A DNA stretch of 63,815 nt, filler included, from Vannella sp. (GCA_023345925.1; 7 parts of 7 records of this genome joined end to end with filler, not necessarily neighbours in it), one strand, 5' to 3'. Counted from the first letter of the whole stretch, positions 1-12,488 are shown. The notes: generated by a model not told the origin, from the letters alone. Numbers and translations: made by a program.

Positions 1-224
1 GCAGTGAAAGGTTAGCTCTATTCTCTCCTCTTTACTCTCTCTCATCCACCCAGCAGGTCCTGTCCCCCTCACCGTCGCCCCCTCCTCGCCATCTCAGTCT
101 CCCAGCCCCGTTAGACAGTCCCATCTCTCTCGCCTAGGTCTGAACAGCTAAACAGACGACCCTGTACAGAGAGTGTATCGAATGAAGTCCTTTGGGAAGG
201 TTCTGGAGCCATTTCTTGGGAGTT

Positions 225-2387
225 ATGGGCAAGCGGCGAGTGGCGGTCTCGGAAGAGCCTCCCCTTGAGGTGTTGCGGGAGGAGGTGGAGGTTGAGCCAG
301 CTGCTTACAAAGAGAATAAGCCTATACTTAGTCGCAGGATGGAGAAGATGAAGCGAACGCTTCCCACTCTAGCGTAAGTGCGGACCGAGTGGGGCGTTTG
401 AAATGGTGGCCTGATGAAGAGGGTTGGGCGTAGTTTGATATGTCTGATGGCAGGAGTATACTCTATTACTCAGTTTCCTACTAGCTTGGTGGCCAACAAC
501 ACGTACATGTCAGAGAACGCTTTGCAGCCGTCTGTGGCCGAGTCCACCTACTCGACCACACTGTACCAAGAGGCTGCTGAGATGACACAGTTGTATATGA
601 AGCATATTCGATCTCATGAGCCAGACTTTGGCATCTCCCGTTCAGACTGGATCGCTACCTGGTTGACGGGACGTCTCAAGTCAATCCACCTCGATCATGT
701 CTACACGCATCGCTTCCGCACAACACAACACATGGTAAGTACACTTGTACACTCTGCTTAGTCTATCACTTGGCCCTAACAGCCTGCTGAAGCCTTCAGA
801 AGAGGGTTCGAATGTCGTTGGGATCCTCAGAGCTGTCAGGACTGGAAGTCGGGAAGCTTTGGTACTCAATGTACCCACACTCAGTCCCAACATGTTCACA
901 GAAGATGGCAACGCTCTCCAGAACCCCATATCTTCCGTGTGTTTGGCAATCACATTGATGAAGCATCTGAGAACCGTTGAATGGCTCTCAAAAGATGTCA
1001 TTTTGGTGCTCTCTGACGCTTCCTTTGAAGATGAAGGGATCCGGGAGTGGCTGTCCAACTATCATAACTATGTGGCGGACCAGTCATCCTTGTACTTCTT
1101 CAAGGAGGCACCGGGCGCTCTCTATCGTCATAGAGCAAGTCATTCGGTCTATTCTCAGCTGGATTTTGTCCGCTCGGGAGCTATCCGTGGGGCGCTGGTG
1201 CTTGATTTCTTTGAGGAGCAGTTCAATTACATTGTTCTCAGTCCGGAAGGGATTAACGGGAAGTTGCCTAATCTGGACTTGATGAATACCTTTGATAGAG
1301 TTGCTATGTACTCTGAGAATGCCTACACGACTCTCTATCATGAGGATGATACTCTCACTCGAAAGCTGTTTGGAGTTGGTGGGCCTCTCGAAGACCTCCC
1401 ACTTTTGGAGCGTCAATTATACGCTTTTATCCTTCGCTGTGCCATTGGAAAGCCGTCCGGAAACCACGGCCATTTCCTGCAGTACAATATTGATGCTATT
1501 ACTGCTCGATTGATGCCCAAAACTTTCCCGGGCAATGCGGAGAGGCCAATGAGTGTATTCCAATTGGCTCGCATTGTCGAAGGGACCGTTCGAAGTCTGA
1601 GTAACTTGAACGAACACTTCCACCAGTCATTTTACTATTATGTGCTGGCTGCTACCTTCTCTTACATCTCTATTGGGCAGTATATGATCACCTTTGGAAT
1701 GGTATTGGGATCCACTTCTTTGTATCTTGGCGCTGTTTGTATTGGAGAGGACCTGGACCCTTGGATTCTTCGTGGTGTGACCCGCTCATTGATAATCCAA
1801 GTCAGTGGACCTCTTCTTTTTGCTGGAATCCTTTACTTTCCTCCTTTCGTAAGTCATTCAAACACTTCTGAAACCTTCTCACTCCGAAACAGGCCTTCCA
1901 GTTGCTCACTTTCAGTGTAATCATTTCTTTTGTAGTTCTCATGACTGCATGGCGGGCTGACCTTCAGTTATGCACTTATCTTTACAACATGAAAGGGAAG
2001 GAACCCTTATTTACTCCGGCGCAGCGCGAAGTGAAGGTCAAGGTGACTATGATGCTCTCCTGGATTCCCGTGTTATTCTCATTGAGCACCTTTTCCCTTT
2101 TGAACTTCTCCTTCTGTCTTCTGGCCTCCGTATTGATGGGGGTTATCACTCTGATATTCCGCCCGACTCGCCGATCTCGGCAACGTGACATTGTCAATGC
2201 TGTTGCGTTGATTGTTCTTTCTCTGCCCATCATCCAAGAACTGCTTCAGCATTATTTTGAAGTTGATGCACTCGCTCTTTCCATTTCCTTGTACCAAACT
2301 TACGGCTCTTTGATCTTCCCCTTCTTGACTTTGGTCTATTTCCCTTACACGCTCTCTCTTTTCTCTCTGGCTCTGTGGGGCCTTTAA
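225..2387 (+). CDS. GPAA1: GPI transamidase subunit Gaa1/GPAA1, spliced
   Basis: ORFs 192-377, 414-761, 745-1920 and 1902-2387 join through GT-AG introns (e.g. 374-433). Motifs TYMSENALQP, WLSKDVI, EGINGKLPNLDLMN, RSLSNLNEHFHQSFYYY and a multi-TM C-terminus. Confidence 0.92.
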
Positions 2388-2455
2388 TAGATGAGTTTAT
2401 GAGTGTTTCGCTAGTGGGTGGAGTGTTTGGTGGACCAACAACAACATCAATTGAG

Positions 2456-4424
2456 TTACAATTGGAAGATTTCTTTGGTTTGATTGAAATCTGCAAACCA
2501 CTTGATGTCAGCCACACAAAGTGGGGCAGAGCAAACAAGACAATCAATTGACTTTTTCCAAAGCATACTAGAACGGATGTTGGTGCTCCCGCACGGTTCG
2601 CACAGAGTGTGGCCGCATCTATGGAGCTTGCACAGTTTGGTGGAGCGCCGAGGACATCCGCCAAATTGGCATTCAGAGAACGTTGGGGACGTTGGTAAGA
2701 CTTGAAGAGCCACCGCTCGCTGCACCTTCGTGAATTGATCAAGGGTGCTCACAACAACCAGCTTATCCACCTGAGCAATGATAGGTGTGGCGATTCCTAC
2801 CACTTTTGCCAGCTTGAGAAGATCTAGCCGGGATGGGATTCCTCCCAGGTTGATGACTCGGCTTTCCTGTCCAAAAGGTGTGGAAGTCTCCACCATCTGA
2901 CGGAAGGTGCGCTCAAAGTTATTGATTGCGCTCGGATGGCCGTAGAGATTCACAGTCGTGGCATCAAGGAACCCTTTCACATCCGCCGATTGTTTAAGGA
3001 GGTCAGAAGTGGCCTTGCGCATGTGGGAGGCAAAGAAGAAGGACTTTGCAGTGTAAATCGTCGGAATTGCGTTCATCAATCTCTTGACGACGTGGATGGA
3101 ATCTGTGGTGATCTTCAATGTGCTCTTTTCGGCATCAAACGTACACACTGTTTTACTGCCGTACTGAGAGAAGCTCTGACGCAAGGCCTCGACGGCAGCA
3201 AAGTTGGAGGCTGAGATTTTTGCAAAGTAGTAGCTCCACTTGTAGGATTTCACGGTGACAGTTAACGGGCAGACCGTGGAAAGAATCCCACGAGTCCCAT
3301 TCATACTCTGTACACGAGTTAAAGTGGATTCTGGAAGTGCACCGTAACATGAGGCCTTAACTATGCCATTTTTGGATGTCTTCATTTCGATACTGCAATC
3401 CTCTGGCAACTGGAACGCAAGTCTCACTGCATTAGATGATAATTGAGGTACTGTCTTTCGATAAATGAGGAAACTGTCCATCTCAATACCCAATGCCTGG
3501 CCCAAGTCGTACTCGTTCTTATAGGAGGGAATTTCAAAGAGACGGACCTTGTCTCCACAGTGCTGATAGCTTATCCCATTCCAGATCCCTCGCTGTACCC
3601 TTTTGAAGGTAGAGGGACTGGGAAATGTGCCCAGGAACACACATCCCTTTCCATCATGAGCACCAACTATCCACTTGATGATAAATGAGGCTAGAATGGG
3701 TCCTATCTCAAGCATAGCAGCTGCAGGGCATTGAGGTTGGACTTTGCAAGCAATCCCATTGATAACGGAGGAGGATGGGATAGACTTTTTCGGGACCGCC
3801 AAAGAGAGTGTTACTACTGCCGATGAAGAACCTTGAGAGGCATCGTTCCTTATCTCTGCACCAATAGCACGCAAAGCAGAAAAAGCGGAAGTCAGTTGGC
3901 TAATGGTCGTTGCTGGATGCAAGCCAGAGACACGGAGCTGAATGGCAGCTTCGGAACCAAAGGAGCATTGGACTTTACCACCTGGCCCAATCACTTTGGT
4001 TGCGCTGCTGTCACGTGCCACAATCTCAGTGGCATCAGAAATCCGCGCCTCTAAGGCCCTAATTTCTGTCACAAGGCCCTGAGAGTTCCAGTTACGTGGA
4101 CCAACTGCTACAAGACAGTGGCCTTGGAGTCGGATGCTGCAGCCGTGCTTTTCCATCCACTCTGTCAAGACCCAGTGTGAAGAGTTGAGATGGGACATGG
4201 AAGCAGTGCTAATCGATCCCTCCTGTTCCACTGAGTGGAAGGTGCCCTCAAAGTGGTCTAAGTTGTACATCTGGCGAAAGAGAGTACTTTGCAAGAGCCA
4301 AGATCGATCAATGGTAGTTGCACCACATAGCTTCATTATTGGTGAGGTCTCGTTAAAGCTTTGAAGTGCTGAGTAGCAAATCCATCGGGGTGACTCTGCT
4401 CTGAGATACAAAGACGCGTCCCAT
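2456..4424 (-). CDS. 5'-truncated protein: DEAH-helicase OB-fold-like segment, RRM/KH-like region and C-terminal RING (DEAH-RBR-like family)
   Basis: Open to the contig edge. PRWICY...MKLCGATTIDRSWL resembles the OB_NTP_bind end of DEAH helicases, LRVSGLHPATTISQL is RRM-like, and CQFGGC...CGHTLCEPC...CLVC is a RING. Paralogous to 42723-43918. Confidence 0.55.
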
Positions 4425-4524
4425 NNNNNNNNNNNNNNNNNNNNNNNNNNNNNNNNNNNNNNNNNNNNTTAATTAATTAANNNNNNNNNNNNNNNNNNNN
4501 NNNNNNNNNNNNNNNNNNNNNNNN
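4425..4524. other. Artificial contig linker
   Basis: N44-TTAATTAATTAA-N44, with stops in all six frames. Confidence 0.99.
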
Positions 4525-4961
4525 CTGCCGAAGATCGAGATTTAGCTCCGATTTACGAGAATCGATTTCCAGATTTGGGTTCGTGTCGGTGTTAGCCACC
4601 GTCGTTTACGAAGTTTTTTCGGGAATCCGCATTTCCTCAGTCAACACTTTGTTGACAGTTTGCCAAAGTTGGACATAAACAGAGACAGTTCAATCAATGA
4701 TCAGAGAATCCGAGATTTTATCTCTTTCCCCCACACCGACCGAACGAACTCCACACCATGCGAACAAGCGTGTTACGATTGCGATTGGAACCTTCGCTAC
4801 GAAGCAAAGCGGGCATGACTCGAGAATCCTTCTTTGTTCGAAGGTCGACCTTGTATCAAGAGCCTGGAGACCATTGTCTGGGTCCTGAGCAACCAGTTCG
4901 ATTGGACATCGTACCAAAGTCCGTTGAAAAAATGATTAGCGTCCCCATTTGATTCAGTTTG

Positions 4962-6228
4962 ATGTTGGGTCGGGTTGCGCGCGTGTCCTCCAGCCTGAGG
5001 TCTTTCTCGACCTCCACAGCTCCGCATGGACGGGCTTTGATGTATTCTGAGTACGGAGCACCAGAGAGAGTCCTTGAGTAAGCAGCTTCTGGAGCGTACC
5101 CTTCGCTGTCTCACAACAGAAAAGGTTGCGAGAGCAGAAGGTGGAAAGGAGCGGGGACTCAGAAGTCTTGGTTAAGATGCTTGCGGCCACTATCAACCCA
5201 GCAGACATCAACATGATTCAAGGGACCTATGGCTCCACCCAGTCTCTCCCTGCTGTTGCAGGGATTGAAGGAGTGGGTGTCGTTGAAGAACCTGGTTCCT
5301 CAACCCTCAAGAAGGGAGACTGGGTGATCCCCTCGCAACCTGGATACGGTTCGTATCTCTATTTAATCTTCATTCCCTGTACTCAATCACTCTCAGGTAC
5401 TTGGAGAACGGAGTTCGTCTGCGACGCCAGCGAACTGATCAAGATCCCCAACGACATCCCCGTGGAGTATGCTGCAGGCATCTCTTCTAATCCTTGTACT
5501 GCATATCGATTGTTGAGTGACTTTGGCAACCTGCGTTCAGGTGGGTGAGCATTGGGCTCGGCGACGTGGCGGTTCTGATGTCCTCATTCCACAGGTGATG
5601 TTGTCATCCAAAACGCTGCCAACAGCAGTGTGGGGCAGTGCGTTGTTCAAATCGCAAAGGAGCGTGGCATCAAGGTCATCAACGTGGTCCGTTCTCGCCC
5701 TGACAAGGGGTTGGACCAGCTCAAGCTCAAGATGAAAGCCTACGGGGCCGAGTTTGTTGTCACAGAAGAGGAGCTTGTTAGCCCTTCCTTCTATGAGAAG
5801 ACGCTTGGAGGCCTCCCCAAGCCCAAGCTAGCCATTAACGCCGTTGGTGGCTCCTCCGCTACTAACCTTGCCAAGCGCTTGGAGTAGGAGTCTATCCAGC
5901 CTCTGATAACGTGTATACTTACCTAAGACACTATAGGCCTTCTGGTACAATGGTAACCATTGGTGGGATGTCCCGCAAGCCAATCCTCGTCCCCACCGGC
6001 GCGATGATCTTTAACGACTTGACCTTCCAAGGCTTCTGGATGACCCGTTGGATCCAGCAGGCTCCCCTCCAGCAACGTGCTGACATGCTGAAGGAGGTAG
6101 CAGGACTCATTAAGGCCCAAAAGCTCCGCCTTTGGTACGAGTCGGTCCCTCTCGACTCCTTCAAGGAAGCCATTGCCCGTGCTCAGACGGACCGCCGCGA
6201 TGTCAAACTTGTGTTTAAGTTCAACTAA
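4962..6228 (+). CDS. MECR: Mitochondrial trans-2-enoyl-ACP/CoA reductase, spliced
   Basis: Presequence MLGRVARVSSSLRSFST; motifs MLAATINPADINMIQGTY, NPCTAYRLL, QNAANSSVG, GGMSRKP, GFWMTRW. First intron 5078-5124. Confidence 0.92.
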
Positions 6229-6475
6229 GTCCTCCTCATGATACATACACTCCACCCTCTCCTGCTCTTGCTGGAGGATTGGCCATTCCCTTTCTTTGGG
6301 CAGCTCTCCTTTTGATGGCAGATTGCCTTATGTTTTGAACCGCCTGGGGTGCATTTAGCAGTCAATTACTGCTAAGTTGGCGTCTGAGCATGCAAAGGTC
6401 AATAACGCCTCGGATGAAGGAGATTGGGGAAGAATGATTTTGGGAAGTGTGAGAATCCACTTCTTTTCTGCGCTG

Positions 6476-8535
6476 ATGAGCCGACCTTATGGTGGAGGGG
6501 ACGCTCTGGTTCCTTTGTCCGTCCAGTTCTCTCACTTTTGTGGGCCATGCGGCCAGTTTAATCACCAACATGGAAGCCAAGTTCCTGCAACGTCCCAAAC
6601 GCGCAAAGGGAGGGTTCCTATCAAGCTTACTGATCAAAGTGGGGCTGAATTGAACATTGTGGAGCTTGCTGGTGGCATCATCACCTCTGAAGAAGAACCA
6701 ATCCAGGTTGTTCCAGCCCCGAGTGCTGAGAAGGACAACTCTCAGATAATGAGTGCTTTAGATGGCAACTCTGGTGAACAAGACGAAGCCAGCAGAAGAG
6801 CAGAAGAGTCCTCTTCTGTGAGTATGTGTTGCCAAAGGCGTATCATGAAGGCCCTAGGACAGCAGTTTCCTCTGAGAGAAGGAGATGTTTGGTACCTCAT
6901 TGATTCTAACTGGTACCGCTGCTGGAAGCAGTACGTTCAGTACGACCACGCTTCCTACACGATTGTCGGCCGACCGGAAGAAATCGACAACTCAAGGATC
7001 ATTGATGAAGCCACGGGCCATATCCCTAACCACCTCATTGTCCACAGAGACTTTGAAATCATCGCTGGAGTTGTGTGGAACCAGTTGAAATCGTGGTGCG
7101 TTTCGCTCTTGTGGAGAACCTGATTGATTGACGGTTTCCCCCTTAGGTATGGCGGTGGGCCTGTTATAGCCAGAAAGGTGGTATCAACTGGAGTGAACAA
7201 CATGTTGGTCGAGATCCGGGAGTTGACCCTCCACTTTGTCAAATCCTCCGACCTGGAGACTGGTACGTGGCCCAACAACCTGCACTGTGTGAGACTGATT
7301 GGCCATGCCAAGTGGTTTCGAGAGACTTTAGTAAGGTTACTCCTTTGAAGCAAGTAGTAATGGAGATCTGCCCACTTCTGGGTGTGAAGATGGAGGACAT
7401 CCGTTCCTGGCTTTACACCAACAAGAGACAATCGCAGCTTTTAGGAGACATGACAAAGACTATCAGACAGTGTTTCATCATCAGCGACCAGCACATTCTG
7501 TTTGAGGAGAAGCTAGCGAATGGTCAATGGCCGCCACTGTGGGCAACCAGTGATGCAAAAAGCTCTTCCGGTGGCAGTCCACAGGTTCAGAAGCGGCCCA
7601 CAGTATTCCAAGAGCTCTCAGTCATCACACCAGATGGACCTGGAGAACAGGGAGGAGATGGAGGTGAGATTGGTCCAACACAAGGTCGGAAGCAACCTGC
7701 AGATGGTCTGGGAAGAAAGAAAGCTCAAGTGCAATGGGTAGTAAGAGAGGAACGTGATGAGAGAACAAAGCCTAAGCCCAAACTAAAGCTCAAGCCCAAG
7801 CCCATCTGGAATCTGTCTTCTCAAGAAGAACGCAAAACTGCGTCGCTAACGTATGCCACTTCAATCCTTTTTTTCATGACTCCCAAGACCCAAGATGAGC
7901 TGACAGAGCTACTCAAACAGCTGCGTTTGCACCCTGACAACCTTGCTGTCCTTATTCAGAGGATCTTTGAGATGGCTCTTCTTGTGCCCCAGTATTATCG
8001 GATGTACGCCATCCTTTGTGCCTCCCTTTCGAACGAGAAGAACTCTCGCGCCATTGCCCGCCAAAACTTGCTGATTATGTGCGAGAAAGAGTTCCTGAAT
8101 CGCCAGGAACAGTCTCAACAACCCGAATCTGAGCTCATCGACAAGAAAGAGAAGCAAAAGCGTCACTTGCGGTTACAAAGCAACATGCAGTTCATTGGTA
8201 AGCTCTTCCTACTGAAACTGATCCCCGAAAACGTGGTCTGGAAGTGTTTCCACGAGCTTTTTAGCGTCACAAACCCCGATGAAACCAAGATGGAGTGTTT
8301 CTGCAAGTTGATGACCGTCATTGGCAAGCGCATCGATGTCCCTGGGTCGAAGATATTCACGGTTTTCGACAGTGTCTTTCAAGAGACACTGCCACTGCTC
8401 CTACTGAACACCCAGTTGGGCAGCGATGTGTGTAAAATGATTGTGGATCTGATAGATCTTCGTAGGAGCGGTTGGATCCCCCTTGTCGAGAGGAGTGCAA
8501 AGAAACCGTTCACAAAGAGGAAGAAAACAGAATGA
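6476..8535 (+). CDS. DUSP-UBL-MIF4G (eIF4G-like) fusion protein
   Basis: Introns 7096-7146 and 7263-7312 join DUSP (GDVWYLIDSNWYRCWKQYV...IDNS...SWYGGGP), a ubiquitin-like segment and MIF4G (IFEMAL...MYAILC...FIGKLF...ECFCKLMTVIGKRID...DLIDLRRSGW). Confidence 0.8.
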
Positions 8536-8877
8536 GGTTCTCTTCCTCATGAAACAGAAGATACAGAGCCTTCCACACTCCCTAACCAGGAACTCTCTTC
8601 CTATTCACTACCAATGAAGGTGCTTTCCCTTATGTGGCACCAGAGAAGCTCTGATAGCAGAATCCTTCCAAAGACTGTCAAGTTCCTCAAGAAAGGCGAG
8701 GGAGGATGCTTGGTTCGACGGATCAGGCCAGTATCAGTGGGGAACCATCCTTTTTGGTGGTAAGAAGGTGAAGTGAAGCGAAGGGGAAAGAGGAAGAAGT
8801 TTTTCAAGACGCTTCTCGGGAAACGGGTTGACCGCCCAAGAGAAACTTCATCGCCTTCTCCCCCGCGCAGAGAGAAC

Positions 8878-10377
8878 ATGGCTGAAGTGTATGAGTACGA
8901 CTTTGCTGTCATTGGAGGTGGTAGTGGTGGACTATCAGCTGCGAAAGCGGCCTCCAGCAATGGAGCGAAGACTGTTGTGTTTGATTTTGTCAAGCCTAGC
9001 CCCCAGGGAAGCCGGTGGGGACTGGGTGGCACTTGTGTTAACGTTGGTTGCATCCCTAAGAAGATCATGCACTCTGCTGCGCTGATGGGCGAGATGTACG
9101 ATGACATGGCCCACTTTGGATGGCAAGTTCCCAAGGAGAAGGGCTTCCAATGGGACACTCTGGTCGAGCACACTCAAAACCACATCATGAGCGTTAACTT
9201 CGCATACAAGACTGGCCTCCGCACGCAGAAAGTGGAGTACATCAACGCCTACGCTACTTTCAAGGACTCCCACACTCTTGAGTACACCATCAAGGGCGAG
9301 GTGAAGACTCTTACCGCCAAGTACATCCTCATTGCCATTGGAGGTCGCCCAGTGTACGATAACAGCATCCCTGGAAGCGAGTACGCCATCACAAGCGACG
9401 ATCTATTCTCTTTGAGTCAAGCTCCTGGCAAGACTCTAGTAGTTGGAGGTGGATACATTGCCTTAGAGAGCGCTGGGTTCCTGCACGCCTTCGGTTACGA
9501 CACCACCGTCATGATCCGATCCATCCCTCTTCGCGGGTTTGACCAAGAGATGGCTGGAAAGGTGCTCTCCTACATGGAAGACTACATGAAGGTTCGTATC
9601 TTGCACCAAGCCAAGCCTACTTCCATTGAGAAGACCGAGAGCGGACGTTTCTTGGTCACTTACAGCCAATACGACCCCACCACCGGCCAGACAGGAGCTC
9701 AAGCAGGCCAGGAGGAGTTTGACACCATTCTCAATGCGATTGGCCGCAAAGCAACCTCGGAACAGATCAACCTTGAGGCTGCTGGTGTCCTCTACGACCA
9801 AGGGAACGGGAAGATCTCTGTCAACGAACGCGATGAAACGAACGTTCCCCACATCTACTGCGTTGGAGATGCTGTTCAGGGAGTGGCAGAGCTCACCCCC
9901 TCCGCTGTTCAAGCTGGTAAGCTGTTGGCGGAGCGTGTCTTCGGGGGTAAGAGCGTCCTGATGAACTACAAGCTCATCTCCACTACTGTGTTCACTCCTC
10001 TCGAGTACGCTTGCATCGGTTACTCCGAAGAGGACGCCATTGCAGCCTTTGGCGCTGATAACGTCGAAGTGTACCACATGCAAGGCTCTCCCTACGAGCA
10101 AGTTATCATTGAAGAGCGTGGGGACTTCCCTGCTTACCTCAAAATGATCGTTGACCTTCGAGATAACGAGCGCGTGATCGGCCTTCACCTCGCCTCCCTC
10201 AATGCTGGAGAGATCATGCAAGGCTTTGCTGTTGCCATCCTCATGGGAGCTACCAAAGCAGACTTTGATCGAACTGTGGGCATCCACCCAACGACTGCCG
10301 AGTTGTTCACGACTTTGACCATTTCCAAGCGCAGTGGACAGGCCCTGCCCAAGGGAGGGTGCCCTTCATGCTCTTAA
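8878..10377 (+). CDS. TXNRD: High-Mr (animal/apicomplexan-type) thioredoxin reductase, intronless
   Basis: GGGSGG FAD motif, WGLGGTCVNVGCIPKK, TTVFTPLEY, GIHPTTAE and a C-terminal extension ending GGCPSCS-TAA. Confidence 0.93.
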   Translation: MAEVYEYDFAVIGGGSGGLSAAKAASSNGAKTVVFDFVKPSPQGSRWGLGGTCVNVGCIPKKIMHSAALMGEMYDDMAHFGWQVPKEKGFQWDTLVEHTQNHIMSVNFAYKTGLRTQKVEYINAYATFKDSHTLEYTIKGEVKTLTAKYILIAIGGRPVYDNSIPGSEYAITSDDLFSLSQAPGKTLVVGGGYIALESAGFLHAFGYDTTVMIRSIPLRGFDQEMAGKVLSYMEDYMKVRILHQAKPTSIEKTESGRFLVTYSQYDPTTGQTGAQAGQEEFDTILNAIGRKATSEQINLEAAGVLYDQGNGKISVNERDETNVPHIYCVGDAVQGVAELTPSAVQAGKLLAERVFGGKSVLMNYKLISTTVFTPLEYACIGYSEEDAIAAFGADNVEVYHMQGSPYEQVIIEERGDFPAYLKMIVDLRDNERVIGLHLASLNAGEIMQGFAVAILMGATKADFDRTVGIHPTTAELFTTLTISKRSGQALPKGGCPSCS

Positions 10378-10435
10378 GAGCTCCCAGAGGGTGTTCTTGA
10401 TACAATGTCGTTTAACAGACCATTTGCGCGCTTTC

Positions 10436-12488
10436 ATGTGGGGGAGGCGCGCTCTTCCCCTACTCGCTGTTCGGCCTTTCTCCTCGCTTGGTTGTGTCTT
10501 GGGGGGCTGTGGAAGTAGAGTCGCTCGTCTTATGTCGTCTGTAAGTGGGGGAACGTTTGGTGGGCTGGGAGGCGAGTGGGTGGAGGGCACGACGCTCTTG
10601 ACGGCTCCTCGGGATCTGGCTCCTGCAACTGTCTCCTTGGAGATGGCTTCTCCCACAGAGTTTCGTGGGAAGATGAAGCGCCTTCTAAATAAGAAGAAGT
10701 TGCCCAAGGGCGAGTGGGAGGAAGAAAAGAAACGGATCGAAGGTGATCTCCTTCAAACGATCCTCTCTATTCCTGGTGCGTACGTGGATGAAACCGATTC
10801 CATGTGGCACTGTTCTCTTCAGTATCATGATCAGCTCCTCAAAGTGCTCAAGAAATGTGGTGCAAAGGCAGGAGGAGTTCCAAAGAGCATCGTCCATGTG
10901 TTTGGGACGAAGATGTTCCTTACCAAGCTCGATCCTGACCAGAAATACCTTGTAAAGCATCTCTCTTGTCCTTCCCAATCGGTCCCAGAGCATCTGTCCA
11001 CAGCGTTGTTCCCTTTCCAACGTGAAGGAGTCGAGTTTGCTCTTCGTCAGGGAGGACGCTGCTTGATCGGGTATGAGAGTGCTATGATACTGCCCGATAC
11101 GCCTCTAACTGAGGTTTAGAGATGAAATGGGGCTGGGAAAGACCATCCAGGCCATCGCCATCGCAGCCAGATACAGAGAGGATTGGCCAATCCTAATCAT
11201 CTGTCCCTCTTCTGTGCGCATGGCATGGGCTAACGAGTTTATGAAGTGGCTACACGTGCCAGAGGATGAGATCCGAGTCGTTCTAACGGGCAAACAACCA
11301 TTGGATGGACAAATCAACATTATCTCTTACGACTTGACCCCTAAAGTCATCCAGAACCAGAACCACTTCAAAACTGTCATCGTAGATGAGTCCCATTTCA
11401 TTAAGAACCGCACTGCCAAGCGGACAATCGCAGTTGGGCGGATTACGGCTTCAGCAAGGCGCGTTATAATGCTCAGTGGGACACCTGCCCTCTCCCGCCC
11501 AGAGGAACTGTATAACCAGCTCAATTTCTTGCAGCCTCTTCTGTTTCCAACGTTCCATTCCTTTGCGTATCGCTATTGTGCAGCGTACCAGGTACGCAGT
11601 CTCACAGACATCCTCCATCAGGAAGTTAATGTGAATGGGCATGTTTAGAGCAAGTTTGGGTGGGATTTTTCAGGCTCCTCTCACTCTGAAGAGCTCAATC
11701 TGATCTTGAAGGAAACCATGATGATCCGGCGCAGAAAGGATGAAGTCCTCAAAGATCTTCCTCCAAAGACTCGGAATACGGTCCACATCGAGGCAGTTGT
11801 GAGTTCTCAGCTGAGAGACAATCTAAGTAAGCTTCGTTCCGGCAAAGACAAGTCAGTGGAGACAACATGGGGAAGCAGAAGGGAGAGAGATCTTCTCATC
11901 ACTTCTCTTTATCGAGATACCTGCAAGGCAAAGCTGGATTCGGTGCGAAGCTATGTTGAGACCTTCATTGAGTGTACAGAAGATAAGATAATCATCTTTG
12001 CGCATCACCACGCCATGCTGGATGCAATCCAACTTCAAGTTGAGGCTTTGGGTGTCCGTCATATCCGCATTGATGGTTCAGTCCCTCCAGGAACTCGCTT
12101 CCAATACGTTGACGAGTTTCAAACTGTTCCTGAGTGTCGCATAGCCATTATCAGTATCACTGCAGGAGGCACCGGAGTCACTCTCAACGCAGCCTCGAAA
12201 GTGATTTTTGCAGAGCTTTATTGGACTCCCAGTCTTCTCCTTCAGGCTGAGGATCGAGCTCACCGCATTGGTCAGAAAAATCACGTATCTGTGTACTATC
12301 TCATTGCTCAGGACACCTTTGACACCATCCTCTGGAGTATTGTGAAGAAGAAGATCAAAGTTGTCTCCCTTTCCCTCGATGGAGAGACTCGGGAATTCAC
12401 ATCTTCCCTGACTGACAGCTTCCCTGGACAAGAGGACTCTATTCCCATTGATCTTGAAGACTCGGATATCTTTCAAGTTCTCGAATAG
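10436..12488 (+). CDS. SMARCAL1/ZRANB3-like SNF2 annealing helicase, spliced
   Basis: LFPFQREGV, G|DEMGLGKTIQA, VDESH, LSGTPALSRPEEL, FAELYWTP..LLQAEDRAHRIGQ; two short introns. Confidence 0.88.

Noticed and set aside
9463..10287. Long antisense ORFs (here and over DOCK, EIF4A3 and TBL1)
   Set aside because: Codon-bias shadows of well-supported genes on the opposite strand.
10340..10435. Selenocysteine/SECIS for the thioredoxin reductase
   Set aside because: The ORF ends in TAA with no in-frame TGA, and no SECIS-like stem is visible before the next gene.
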